A stretch of DNA of 64,000 bases from Thermomicrobiales bacterium (lineage in GTDB: Bacteria; Chloroflexota; Chloroflexia; Thermomicrobiales; UBA6265): positions 6,908 through 70,907 of the forward strand of contig DASZAY010000009.1 of the NCBI GenBank assembly GCA_035944555.1. Direction: 5' to 3'. The position numbers and the translations under genes are program-made. Below the pieces are notes generated by a model. It was not told the DNA's origin. It searched no databases and was given only the letters and a program-made list of their open reading frames with translations. Shown one piece after another: positions 7,944-16,476 of this stretch. Positions within the stretch are counted from its first letter, which is position 1; each line of letters begins with the position of its first letter.

Positions 7944-9140
7944 CTACCCCTCGAGGGTCAGTCCGAGGATACCGGCGCAGCGCCCCAGCTCGTTCTGGGC
8001 ATCGCGGACATCGTCGGACTCCGGCGCTTCGAGGATGCTCAGCGCCATCTCCTGCAGGGCCCGGATGGCTTCCGGCGTGTCGAGGTCGTTCTCCAAGGCC
8101 TGGAAGAACTGATCCCGCAGAGTGGAGACGTCGAGCGGTTCATCCGGCCCGTCGGCGGGGAAGTTGAAGGCCTCTTCCAGATCGGCCGCGACCCGGCTCC
8201 ACTCCTCGATCTCGTCGTCGAGGTACTCCCACTCGGTCCGGTAGTGATGCGAGAACAGGCAGAGGCGAATGGTGTCGGCGGAGTAGGTCTCGAGCAGTTC
8301 CCGGGCGAGGACGAGGTTGCCCAGCGACTTGCTCATCTTGGTGCCCTGGTAGGCGACCATCGCGACATGCATCCAGTACCTGACGAACGGTGTCTGGCCA
8401 GTTGCCTTCTCCGTCTGGGCAATCTCCGCCTCGTGGTGGGGAAAGATCAGGTCGCCGCCGCCGCCGTGAATGTCGATCGTGTCGCCGAGGAAATGCGTCG
8501 ACATCGCCGAACACTCGATGTGCCAGCCCGGTCGCCCCGGACCCCACGGACTGTCCCAGGCCGGTTCGCCCTCTTTGGTCGCCTGCCACAGGATGAAGTC
8601 GAGCGGGTCACGCTTGTTCGGGTCGTCCGGGACGTTGCCCCGCTCATTGGCGGCGTCCAGCATCTGATCCCTCGGGATCTTGCTCAGCTGTCCGAAATCC
8701 GGGTCCTTCGCGACCTGGAAGTAGACACTGCCGTTGACCGGGTAGGCGTACCCGCCTTCGACCAGCCGTTCGATGATCCCGATCATGTCGTCGATGTGAT
8801 CGGTCGCCTTGACGTAGTGGTCGAACGGCAGGGCGTTGAGGTCGGCCATGTCCTGCAGGTAGCGCTCGGTCTCGCGGTCGGCCAGCTCGCGCCAGTTCAT
8901 GCCGACTTCGCCAGCCTTGCGGAGGATGTCGTCATCGATGTCGGTGACGTTCTGGACGTACGTCACGTCCAGTCCCTTGTACCGGAGGTACCGCGTCAGG
9001 ATGTCGTACGTGAGGAAGGTGAAGGCATGACCGATGTGGGTGGTGTCGTACGGCGTCACGCCGCAGACGTAAAGCCCGACCGAACCGTCCCGGTCCGTGA
9101 ACGTCTCGAGGCGACCGGTGAGGGTGTTGAACAGCTGCAT
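7944..9140 (-). CDS. class I CysRS-family ligase lacking the C-terminal anticodon-binding domain (MshC-like cysteine ligase, or a truncated cysteine--tRNA ligase)
   Basis: Contains CGVTPYD, HIGH, WHIECSAM, HGGGGDLIFPHHE and KMSKS motifs. The protein ends shortly after ENDLDTPEAI...ILGLTLEG at about 400 aa, which matches MshC architecture. The start was set at MQLFNTLTG (ATG 9140); the ORF track uses TTG 9182. Confidence 0.8.
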   Translation of the reverse strand: MQLFNTLTGRLETFTDRDGSVGLYVCGVTPYDTTHIGHAFTFLTYDILTRYLRYKGLDVTYVQNVTDIDDDILRKAGEVGMNWRELADRETERYLQDMADLNALPFDHYVKATDHIDDMIGIIERLVEGGYAYPVNGSVYFQVAKDPDFGQLSKIPRDQMLDAANERGNVPDDPNKRDPLDFILWQATKEGEPAWDSPWGPGRPGWHIECSAMSTHFLGDTIDIHGGGGDLIFPHHEAEIAQTEKATGQTPFVRYWMHVAMVAYQGTKMSKSLGNLVLARELLETYSADTIRLCLFSHHYRTEWEYLDDEIEEWSRVAADLEEAFNFPADGPDEPLDVSTLRDQFFQALENDLDTPEAIRALQEMALSILEAPESDDVRDAQNELGRCAGILGLTLEG

Positions 9141-9466
9141 CCCGTGGTGCTCCAGCGCCTTCCAGCGTTCGCGTGTGATCAAGCCCGAATGTCGCCCCGC
9201 TGAGGTGCCGGCAGTGACCGGCGGGGGTGGGTGCGACCGGATCTCGTCCCGGACCGGCAGTATATCCGAGCGTTCCCGCCCGCCGGGTCCATCTGCGCAT
9301 GGGCCGACGGGAGATCACTGACCGGCGAGTATCATGGTCACCATCGTCCCGACGACAGATGCCGCGCCGGTCGATCCTGCGATCCGCGGCTGGAACTGAT
9401 CCGGATCTCATGCAACCGCCTTCCCTTCCTACTTGCGTCTGGTGTCATCCCCGGTCGGTCACCTCG

Positions 9467-10126
9467 ATGCGGCTCCGGGTCGTCCGGACGGGGCTGGTCC
9501 TGGTCCTGATGATGGTCGCGTTCGCGTCACTCACGGCGAGGGATCTGCGGGCCGGTTCGGAGGATCCGTCGACCCCTGCGGTGTCGGAGGTCTGTGCCAC
9601 CGGTCGCCTGCACATTGGCCAGATCCCGGACCTCGACGCGCCGTGGTCCATCACGGTCGAGGCAGATCGGTCCCTGGCGGTCGAATGGCGCCCGGATGCT
9701 GTGCTGGTCGCCACGGATCTCGGCTGCGGCTTCCTGACCGACCAGCCGCGAATCCGGACGACCTTCTACTCGGCCGACGCGCGAGGCCTCTGGGACCCGG
9801 AGACGGCGCAGCTTCGCCCGCTCGATCCGGGTGCTCCGGCGCCCAAGGAGCTGCCGGCCGGCGTTGTCGACTGGCCGACCGTGTACGCCGCGATCATCGG
9901 CCTAGGGTTCTCCGACGACGACCAGGTCGGGGCGAGCGGCATAACCGTCCGTCTCAAGACCAACGAGGCGCACTTCGGACCCGATACCATCCCGGCCGAG
10001 ACGGTCGTCGTGCACCTGACGGTCGGCGACGGCGCCGCTACCAGCGACGTCTATGTCGATGCCGAAACCGGCGAAACGTTCTCGTTCAATCCGGACGATC
10101 GACCCAATGACGAGCCTGCGGGATAG
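9467..10126 (+). CDS. hypothetical secreted or membrane-anchored protein
   Basis: The start was set at MRLRVVRTGLVLVLMMVAFASL (signal/anchor, ATG 9467) within the longer ORF that begins at 9227. I recognised no family. Confidence 0.55.
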   Translation: MRLRVVRTGLVLVLMMVAFASLTARDLRAGSEDPSTPAVSEVCATGRLHIGQIPDLDAPWSITVEADRSLAVEWRPDAVLVATDLGCGFLTDQPRIRTTFYSADARGLWDPETAQLRPLDPGAPAPKELPAGVVDWPTVYAAIIGLGFSDDDQVGASGITVRLKTNEAHFGPDTIPAETVVVHLTVGDGAATSDVYVDAETGETFSFNPDDRPNDEPAG

Positions 10127-10153
10127 CAAGTCGCGCTCACCGATGACTACCGC

Positions 10154-11011
10154 TTGGAGATGCACCCCATGACGACCCCGGTCCCCATCGAGACCATCGC
10201 CGAGCGGGCGGTCGCCGTCCTGAGTCGACATCCGTCCGGCCTATTCACCGACATCGACGGCACGATCAGCCGGATGGCTCCCCATCCCGACGACGCTACG
10301 GTCGAGCCGGAGGCGCGGGCGGCGCTGGCGTCGATCGCCCCTCATCTCGACATCTGCGGGATCGTCACGGGCCGGGCTCTGGATGTCGCGATGGGGCTGG
10401 TCCAGCTTGACCAGCTCTCCTACGTCGGTAACCACGGGCTGGAATGGCGGCTCGACGGAACGCACGAGGACAATCCGGCCGCGCTGGCTGGCCGGGATCG
10501 GCTGCAGAAGGCCCTCACGGAGATCGCGGAAGCCGCCGAGCAGCGCGAGCTCACGGAGGGGCTGCTCCTCGAGGACAAGCGCCTGAGCGCGACCGTCCAT
10601 TACCGGCAGTCGCCTGCGCCGGAGCGGTTCTTTGAAGAGATGCTGCCGGTGCTGACGATGACGGCGGCAGCCAACGGGCTCCAGCTCGTACCTGGCCGGA
10701 TGATCATGGAGTTGCGACCAAGCACCGGGATCACCAAGGGAACGGCGCTGCGTGACATCGTTGAAAGTCGCGGACTCAAGGGGGTCGTCTTCTCCGGCGA
10801 TGACATCTCCGACGTCGAAGGGTTCGCGATTCTCAGGGAACTGCGGGACGCCGGGACGATCGACGCCCTGATCATCGGGGTGGTCGGTCCGGACACCCCC
10901 GTCTCCGTCCGCGAACACAGTGATGTCCAGGTGGCAGACCCGGGTGAGATGTCGTCCGTCCTGACCGCTATTGCGAACAGGCTCGATCGGTCAACGGGGG
11001 GAGCTGCGTGA
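10154..11011 (+). CDS. otsB: trehalose-6-phosphate phosphatase (HAD-IIB)
   Basis: Contains FTDIDGTIS (HAD motif I), VTGRAL, GNHGLEW and a C-terminal GDDISD, the pattern typical of OtsB. Confidence 0.8.
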   Translation: MEMHPMTTPVPIETIAERAVAVLSRHPSGLFTDIDGTISRMAPHPDDATVEPEARAALASIAPHLDICGIVTGRALDVAMGLVQLDQLSYVGNHGLEWRLDGTHEDNPAALAGRDRLQKALTEIAEAAEQRELTEGLLLEDKRLSATVHYRQSPAPERFFEEMLPVLTMTAAANGLQLVPGRMIMELRPSTGITKGTALRDIVESRGLKGVVFSGDDISDVEGFAILRELRDAGTIDALIIGVVGPDTPVSVREHSDVQVADPGEMSSVLTAIANRLDRSTGGAA

Positions 11012-11610
11012 TGATGGTGATGACTCCGAACCGACGCGTATCCGGACTGATCGGCGCCCTGGCGTTGATCCTCGCCCTGACCGGACTGGTCGCCACGATG
11101 AGTGTCCGGGCCCAGGAGGCGACACCGGCCACTCAGTCCGGCTCCCTCGTGCCGGCCGCTCCACCCTGGCGCGCCGAACTGGTGCCGAGGAACCGGCCCC
11201 TTGTCGTTACCGTCGGCGACACCGAGGTACCGGTGGAGGTCGCCAACAACGACCGGGAGCGCTCGCTCGGGTTGGGCCAGCGTGATGGCTTGCTGCCGGG
11301 GACCGGCATGCTGTTCGTCTTCGACCAGGAGCCGGAGATCCGCAACTTCTGGATGGGCGGGATGCGGTTCTGCCTGGACATCGTCTGGGTCGACGGCGGC
11401 GAGATCATTGGCGCGGCGCAGAACACCTGTCCCGGGCCACCGGGTGAGGGACAGGACCTGATCCCGCGTCACCAGTCGCCGGGCGTCAGCGAGTACGTCC
11501 TGGAGGTCCCGGCCGGCTTCCTTGCCGAGAATGGCTACGGTGTCGGGACGCCGGTCACGTTCAGTGTCGACCCGTACAGCCTCCCCGTACCGGACGAGGA
11601 CGCGGGGTAG
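11008..11610 (+). CDS. DUF192 domain protein (secreted)
   Basis: Signal-like N-terminus, then RERSLGLGQRDGLLPGTGMLFVF...FWMGGMRFCLDIVWVD...YVLEVPAG, which is typical of DUF192. The start overlaps the otsB stop. Confidence 0.8.
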   Translation: MMMVMTPNRRVSGLIGALALILALTGLVATMSVRAQEATPATQSGSLVPAAPPWRAELVPRNRPLVVTVGDTEVPVEVANNDRERSLGLGQRDGLLPGTGMLFVFDQEPEIRNFWMGGMRFCLDIVWVDGGEIIGAAQNTCPGPPGEGQDLIPRHQSPGVSEYVLEVPAGFLAENGYGVGTPVTFSVDPYSLPVPDEDAG

Positions 11611-11657
11611 TCGCACGAGGCGACGGCGGGACACCTGATTTTGTCTCGTCGGCGCCC

Positions 11658-11686
11658 TTGACACCGGCCTGCACGATGACTACCAT
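11658..11686 (+). promoter_or_regulatory. sigma70-type promoter of the leuS leader (TTGACA-N17-TACCAT)
   Basis: Hexamers read directly from the sequence: TTGACA at 11658-11663 and TACCAT at 11681-11686. Confidence 0.6.
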
Positions 11687-11883
11687 TCGTTGCCGTGCTG
11701 ACTACACGGTCGCACAGCAAGATCTGCGGTGAGCGGGAGTAGTAGGCCGGCACCAAGCGAGTTGCCGGTCGGTGCGAGGCAACACACGCGCCGAACTCGC
11801 CCGTGAGCATCGTCCGATGAGGACGACGGGTCGCCTCCGATAGCAGGCGCTTGAGTGGTCTGGTGAGACGGACGCCCACATCT

Positions 11884-11959
11884 GGGGCTCTAGCTCAATC
11901 GGGAGAGCGCAACACTGGCAGTGTTGAGGTACGGGGTTCGAATCCCCGGAGCTCCACCA
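11884..11959 (+). tRNA. tRNA-Ala (anticodon GGC), CCA encoded
   Basis: Hand-folded cloverleaf. Acceptor stem GGGGCUC/GAGCUCC with G3:U70. D arm GCUC-AAUCGGGA-GAGC. Anticodon arm CAACA-CUGGCAG-UGUUG. T arm CGGGG-UUCGAAU-CCCCG. Discriminator A73 followed by CCA. Confidence 0.95.
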
Positions 11960-12005
11960 GTAGCGCCCGTCGCCAGTCAACCAGGGTGGTAACGCGGGAG
12001 CAGAC

Positions 12006-12049
12006 GCCTCTCGTCCCTGTCATGGGGACGAGGGGCGTTTTGTCGTTTT
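12006..12049 (+). terminator. intrinsic terminator of the leuS T-box leader
   Basis: 12-bp stem GCCUCUCGUCCC/GGGACGAGGGGC with a 7-nt loop, followed by GUUUUGUCGUUUU. Its 5' arm overlaps the 3' arm of the antiterminator. Confidence 0.85.
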
Positions 12050-12080
12050 CGAGCGCTTGACGAGAGAACAGGGGATCGGG

Positions 12081-14594
12081 ATGGCGGAGCAGGGAACGCG
12101 GACGGTCGAGCAGACGGATAGCCGCCGGGTCCAGGAGGGCTACGACGCGGCAGCGGTCGAGTCCCGCTGGAAGCGGCAGTGGCAGGTGGACGATCTGTAC
12201 CGGGTTGACGATGACGCGCCGGGCGACAAGTACTACGCGCTGACCATGTTCCCGTACCCCTCCGGCGTCCTCCACGTCGGGCACTGGTGGGCGTACACGA
12301 TCCCTGACGCCCACGCCCGCTACCGGCGGATGCGGGGTGACAACGTCCTGATGCCGATGGGCTACGACGCGTTCGGGCTGCCCGCCGAGAACGCCGCCAT
12401 TCGGAACAACATTCACCCCGCTGCCTGGACCGTCGACAACATCGAGGACATGTCCGAGCAGTACCGCTCGATGGGTCCAATGATCGACTGGACCCGGAAA
12501 GTCGTGACCTGCACGCCGGAGTTCTACCGCTGGAACCAGTGGCTGTTCCTGCGGATGCTGGAGCGCGGCCTCGCCTACCGCGCCCCGGGGACCGTCTGGT
12601 GGTGCCCGAAGGACCAGACGGTCCTCGCCAACGAGCAGGTCATCGACGGCGATGTCTGTGAGCGCTGCGGATCGAAGGTCTACAAGCGCGAGCTGGAGCA
12701 GTGGTACTTCCGGATCACGGAGTACGCCGACGCCCTGCTGGACGGCCTGGAGACGGTCGACTGGCCTGATCGCGTCAAGACGATGCAGCGCAACTGGATC
12801 GGCAAATCGCGTGGTGCCCGCCTCGGCTTCCGGCTGGATAGTGGCGAGTCGCTGGAGGTGTTCACGACCCGCCCGGACACCGTCTTTGGCGCGACCTTCA
12901 TGGTCATGGCGCCGGAGCACCCGCTCGTGTCCGCAATCACCACGGATCAGCAGCGTGTCGAGGTCGACGCCTACGTCGACCAGGCGCGCCGGCAGTCTGA
13001 AGTTGACCGGATGAAGCAGGACGCCGACAAGCCCAAGTCCGGCGTGTTCACCGGCGCCTACGCGACCAATCCGGTCAACGATGAGCGTATCCCGATCTGG
13101 ATCGCCGACTACGTCCTGATGAGCTACGGGACCGGCGCGATCATGGCCGTCCCGGCGCACGACGAGCGCGACTTCGCCTTTGCCCGGGCCCACGGCCTGA
13201 AGATCATCCCGGTCATCCAGCCGGAAGACGCCGAGCAACTGGACGGCGCGACGATGGAGGCGGCCTACGTCGGACCCGGTCTGATGATCAATTCCGGCCA
13301 GTTCGACGGCACGAGCGTCCCGGAGAGCATCGACACGATCGTCGACTGGCTGGCCGGGCAGGGCCGTGGTCAGGCCGAGATCAATTACCGCCTGCGAGAC
13401 TGGTTGATCTCCCGGCAGCGCTACTGGGGTACGCCGATCCCGGTCGTCTACTGCGACAGCTGCGGCATGGTCCCGCTGTCCGACGACCAGCTCCCCGTCG
13501 AGCTGCCGCTGGACGCCTCGTACACGCCGACGGGCCAGAGCCCGCTGGTGTCGAACGAGGCCTTCCTCCACACCACGTGCCCATCGTGTGGCGGTCCGGC
13601 CCGGCGCGAGACCGACACGATGGACACCTTCGTCGACTCGTCCTGGTACTGGTTCCGGTACACCTCGCCCCACTACGAGGAGGGGATGTTCGACCCGGCC
13701 AAGGTGCGTGAGTGGACCCCGGTCGACCTGTACACCGGTGGGATCGAGCACGCGATCCTGCACCTGCTCTACGCCCGGTTCATCACCCATGTCCTCAACG
13801 AGATGAGTCTGGTCGATCACACCGAGCCGTTCCGCCGCCTCCGCAACCAGGGGATCATCCTGGCCGAGGATGGCACCAAGATGTCCAAGAGCCGCGGCAA
13901 GCAGGTCAGCCCCGATCCGATCGTCGAGCAGTGGGGGGCAGACACGCTCCGGCTCCACCTGATGTACCTCGGCCCGTGGGAGCTAGGCGGCCCATGGAAC
14001 GACAACTCCATCGTCGGCATGAACCGGTTCATCCGCCGGGCCTTCCAGGTCGTGTCCGAGACGGCAGGCCGGCAGATTGACGCCGACGCGACGTCGCCGG
14101 CAGCCAGGGACCTGCGCCGGCTGACACACCAGACGATCCGGAAGGTGACGAGCGACATCGAGGGCTTCGCGACCAACACGATGGTCGCCGCGCTCATCGA
14201 GTTCACCAACGCACTGATGGCGCAGCGGGAGACGGAGGTCGTCCGCACCGGTGCGTGGCGCGAGGCCGTCGAGGCGCTCGTCCTGATGATGGCGCCGGCC
14301 ACCCCGTTTGTCGCCGAGGAGATGTGGGAGCGGCTGGGCCAGACATACTCCGTCCACCATCAGCCGTGGCCCGTCTTCGATTCGGCGCTGCTCGTCGTCG
14401 ACGAGGCCGAGCTGGTCGTCCAGGTCAACGGCAAGGTCCGCGACCGGATTACCGTCCCGGTCGGGCTGGAGCAGGATGCGGCCGTCGAGCAGGTCCTGGC
14501 GCTGCCGAAGGTGCGGGAGTTCGTCGGCGAGAAGACCCTGGCCAAGGTTATCTACGTCCCTGGTCGGCTGATCAATCTGGTCGTCAAGGGGTAG
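12081..14594 (+). CDS. leuS: leucine--tRNA ligase
   Basis: Long ORF with the class I signature MFPYPSGVLHVGH, the KMSKS motif and the CP1 editing domain. The start was set at ATG 12081, preceded by AGGGGA; the ORF track uses TTG 12057. Confidence 0.95.
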   Translation: MAEQGTRTVEQTDSRRVQEGYDAAAVESRWKRQWQVDDLYRVDDDAPGDKYYALTMFPYPSGVLHVGHWWAYTIPDAHARYRRMRGDNVLMPMGYDAFGLPAENAAIRNNIHPAAWTVDNIEDMSEQYRSMGPMIDWTRKVVTCTPEFYRWNQWLFLRMLERGLAYRAPGTVWWCPKDQTVLANEQVIDGDVCERCGSKVYKRELEQWYFRITEYADALLDGLETVDWPDRVKTMQRNWIGKSRGARLGFRLDSGESLEVFTTRPDTVFGATFMVMAPEHPLVSAITTDQQRVEVDAYVDQARRQSEVDRMKQDADKPKSGVFTGAYATNPVNDERIPIWIADYVLMSYGTGAIMAVPAHDERDFAFARAHGLKIIPVIQPEDAEQLDGATMEAAYVGPGLMINSGQFDGTSVPESIDTIVDWLAGQGRGQAEINYRLRDWLISRQRYWGTPIPVVYCDSCGMVPLSDDQLPVELPLDASYTPTGQSPLVSNEAFLHTTCPSCGGPARRETDTMDTFVDSSWYWFRYTSPHYEEGMFDPAKVREWTPVDLYTGGIEHAILHLLYARFITHVLNEMSLVDHTEPFRRLRNQGIILAEDGTKMSKSRGKQVSPDPIVEQWGADTLRLHLMYLGPWELGGPWNDNSIVGMNRFIRRAFQVVSETAGRQIDADATSPAARDLRRLTHQTIRKVTSDIEGFATNTMVAALIEFTNALMAQRETEVVRTGAWREAVEALVLMMAPATPFVAEEMWERLGQTYSVHHQPWPVFDSALLVVDEAELVVQVNGKVRDRITVPVGLEQDAAVEQVLALPKVREFVGEKTLAKVIYVPGRLINLVVKG

Positions 14595-14728
14595 CAACCC
14601 CGGTCAGATGGAGTCCGGGGGAGCCCTGTCCGTTGCCCCCGGACGCTGGCGTCAGCCCCAAACGTCATCATGATGCCGACTATCATCGGGTCGGTTCACA
14701 GGACCGAAGCCCGGTTCATCGAAAACAC

Positions 14729-14763
14729 AGAAGGGGCGGTGCCAATTCGGCGCCGCCCCTTCT
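14729..14763. terminator. bidirectional hairpin between convergent leuS and gcvPB
   Basis: AGAAGGGGCGGUGCC-AAUU-GGCGCCGCCCCUUCU, a 15-bp stem with one G-U pair. Confidence 0.6.
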
Positions 14764-14789
14764 GCTGTCCTGTCGCTGCCGTGGCGCTG

Positions 14790-16310
14790 CTACTCCGCCG
14801 GCACCAGTTCCCGGACCGGGTCGCCGACGACCGACTCGCTCGGGACGACCTGCGAGTGCTCGGGTTCCCAGCGTAGGTTGAGGTTGCGGTTGGCGCCCGC
14901 CTCGTCGAATCGCTTGTACTCGGTCGTGTGCGGCGCCGAGCGGACGATCTCCGGCGTCTCGGTCGATTCCCACGCGATCTGCTTCATCGCGACGACGAAC
15001 TCGTCCAGGACTTCGATCGACTCCGTCTCGGTTGGCTCAATCATCAGACACTCGGGCACGACCAGCGGGAAGTAGGTCGTCGGCGGGTGGATTCCGAAGT
15101 CCAGCAGCCGCTTGGCGATATCGACCGCCTTGACGCCGCTGGCCTTCTGGCGGGTCGCCGAGATGACGAACTCGTGCATGCAGGTCCGGTCGTACGGGAC
15201 GATGTAGTCGTCCTGCAGCTGGCTCTTGAGGTAGTTCGCGGCCAGGACCGCGTCCTCGCTCACCGTCCGCAGCCCCTCGCCACCGTGCATCCGGATGTAA
15301 GTGTAGGCCCGGACATGCATGCCGAAGTTGCCATGGAACGAGTGCAGCCGGCCGATGCTCTCGTTGGGCTGGAACCACTCGTACCGGCTCTCGCCCGCCG
15401 TCTCCCCGTCGACCTTGCGGACCCGGGGTCCGGGCAGGTATTCGACCAGGTGCTCGCGGACGCCGACCGGACCGGAGCCCGGACCACCGCCGCCGTGCGG
15501 GGTCGAGAACGTCTTGTGCAGGTTGAAGTGCATGACGTCGATCCCGAGGTCACCGGGCCGGGCGATGCCAAGGATGGCGTTGAAGTTGGCACCGTCGTTG
15601 TAGACCAGTCCGCCCGCGTCGTGGACGATCGTGATGACGTCCTCGATGCCCTCGTCCCAGAGTCCGAGCGTGTTCGGATTGGTGATCATCAGTCCGGCGA
15701 TGTGCGGCCCGGCCATCTCGCGGAGCTTCCCGAGATCGACGTTGCCCCGCGTGTTGGATGGAACCGTCTCGACCTTGAATCCGGCCATGATCGCCGTGGC
15801 GGGGTTGGTACCGTGGGCGCTATCCGGGACGAGGATCGTGGTCCGGGCGGTGTCACCCCGGGCGGCGTGGTAGTCCCGGATCATCAGCACGCCGGCCAGC
15901 TCGCCATGGGCTCCGGCGGCGGGTTGCAGGGTAACGGCGGAGAACCCGGAGATCTCGGCGAGCATGTCCTGCAGCTCGCTCATCAGCTCCAGGGCGCCCT
16001 GGACGGTCGCGTCCGGCTGATACGGGTGGATGCCGGCGAACCCGGGGTACCGGGCCACGGCCTCGTTCACCTTCGGGTTGTACTTCATCGTGCAGGAGCC
16101 GAGCGGATAGAAGTTGAGATCGATCGCGTGGTTCTTCTGGCTGAGGCGGGTGAAGTGGCGAATGACGTCGATCTCGCTGACTTCCGGCCAGTCGAGGGAC
16201 TCGCGGGCCATGCCTTCGGGGAGCGGTGTTTCGGGGACATCGGGCGCCGGCACGCGGACGCCACGGCGGCCCGGAGAGGCCAGGTCGAAGATCAAGGGCT
16301 CGACCGACAT
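14790..16310 (-). CDS. gcvPB: glycine dehydrogenase (decarboxylating) subunit 2
   Basis: [17 protein letters not shown]...[15 protein letters not shown]...[18 protein letters not shown], including the PLP lysine region. The start was set at ATG 16310 with AGGAG 9 nt upstream. I rejected the longer ORF-track start. Confidence 0.9.
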   Translation of the reverse strand: MSVEPLIFDLASPGRRGVRVPAPDVPETPLPEGMARESLDWPEVSEIDVIRHFTRLSQKNHAIDLNFYPLGSCTMKYNPKVNEAVARYPGFAGIHPYQPDATVQGALELMSELQDMLAEISGFSAVTLQPAAGAHGELAGVLMIRDYHAARGDTARTTILVPDSAHGTNPATAIMAGFKVETVPSNTRGNVDLGKLREMAGPHIAGLMITNPNTLGLWDEGIEDVITIVHDAGGLVYNDGANFNAILGIARPGDLGIDVMHFNLHKTFSTPHGGGGPGSGPVGVREHLVEYLPGPRVRKVDGETAGESRYEWFQPNESIGRLHSFHGNFGMHVRAYTYIRMHGGEGLRTVSEDAVLAANYLKSQLQDDYIVPYDRTCMHEFVISATRQKASGVKAVDIAKRLLDFGIHPPTTYFPLVVPECLMIEPTETESIEVLDEFVVAMKQIAWESTETPEIVRSAPHTTEYKRFDEAGANRNLNLRWEPEHSQVVPSESVVGDPVRELVPAE

Positions 16311-16476
16311 GTCGGGGGTACTCCTGCATCGCCGGGCGGCGATGGTGCGGGCACTGGGGCGTGTGCCCGGATTGGGTGTCACTCTCGCGATGGTAGCACC
16401 GGGCGTGGGCTCGGACCACCAAGACGCGGGTTTGGGACCGGCATGGTGATGGAAGGTTCGGTCCAACGGTACCGGG

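Larger units (their letters stand above)
11726..12049 (+). promoter_or_regulatory. T-box riboswitch leader of leuS (specifier CUC = Leu), interrupted by a nested tRNA gene
   Basis: Stem I has GCGGUGAGCGGGAGUAGUAGG, the AG bulge AGCGAG (11756-11761) and the distal loop GGUCGGUGCGA. The specifier loop is GAA-CUC-G (CUC at 11796-11798), closed by GUGAGCA. The T-box AGGGUGGUAACGCG lies at 11983-11996 and matches the consensus at 13 of 14 positions. The antiterminator helix is GCGGGAG/CUCUCGU, and the competing terminator lies at 12006-12049. Confidence 0.85.

Noticed and set aside
9141-9466. Possible Cys T-box or other riboswitch upstream of the CysRS-like gene
   Set aside because: There is no AGGGUGGNACCGCG-like element, no terminator and no specifier-loop pattern on the minus strand in this 326-nt divergent spacer.
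11895-13958. 687-aa ORF on the minus strand
   Set aside because: It is antisense to leuS and runs across the tRNA-Ala gene and the T-box terminator. It is an artefact.
16311-16476. Possible glycine riboswitch upstream of gcvPB
   Set aside because: I could not find the conserved GGAGAG...CACCGAAGGGGCAA-type cores on the minus strand. Only two short hairpins are present.
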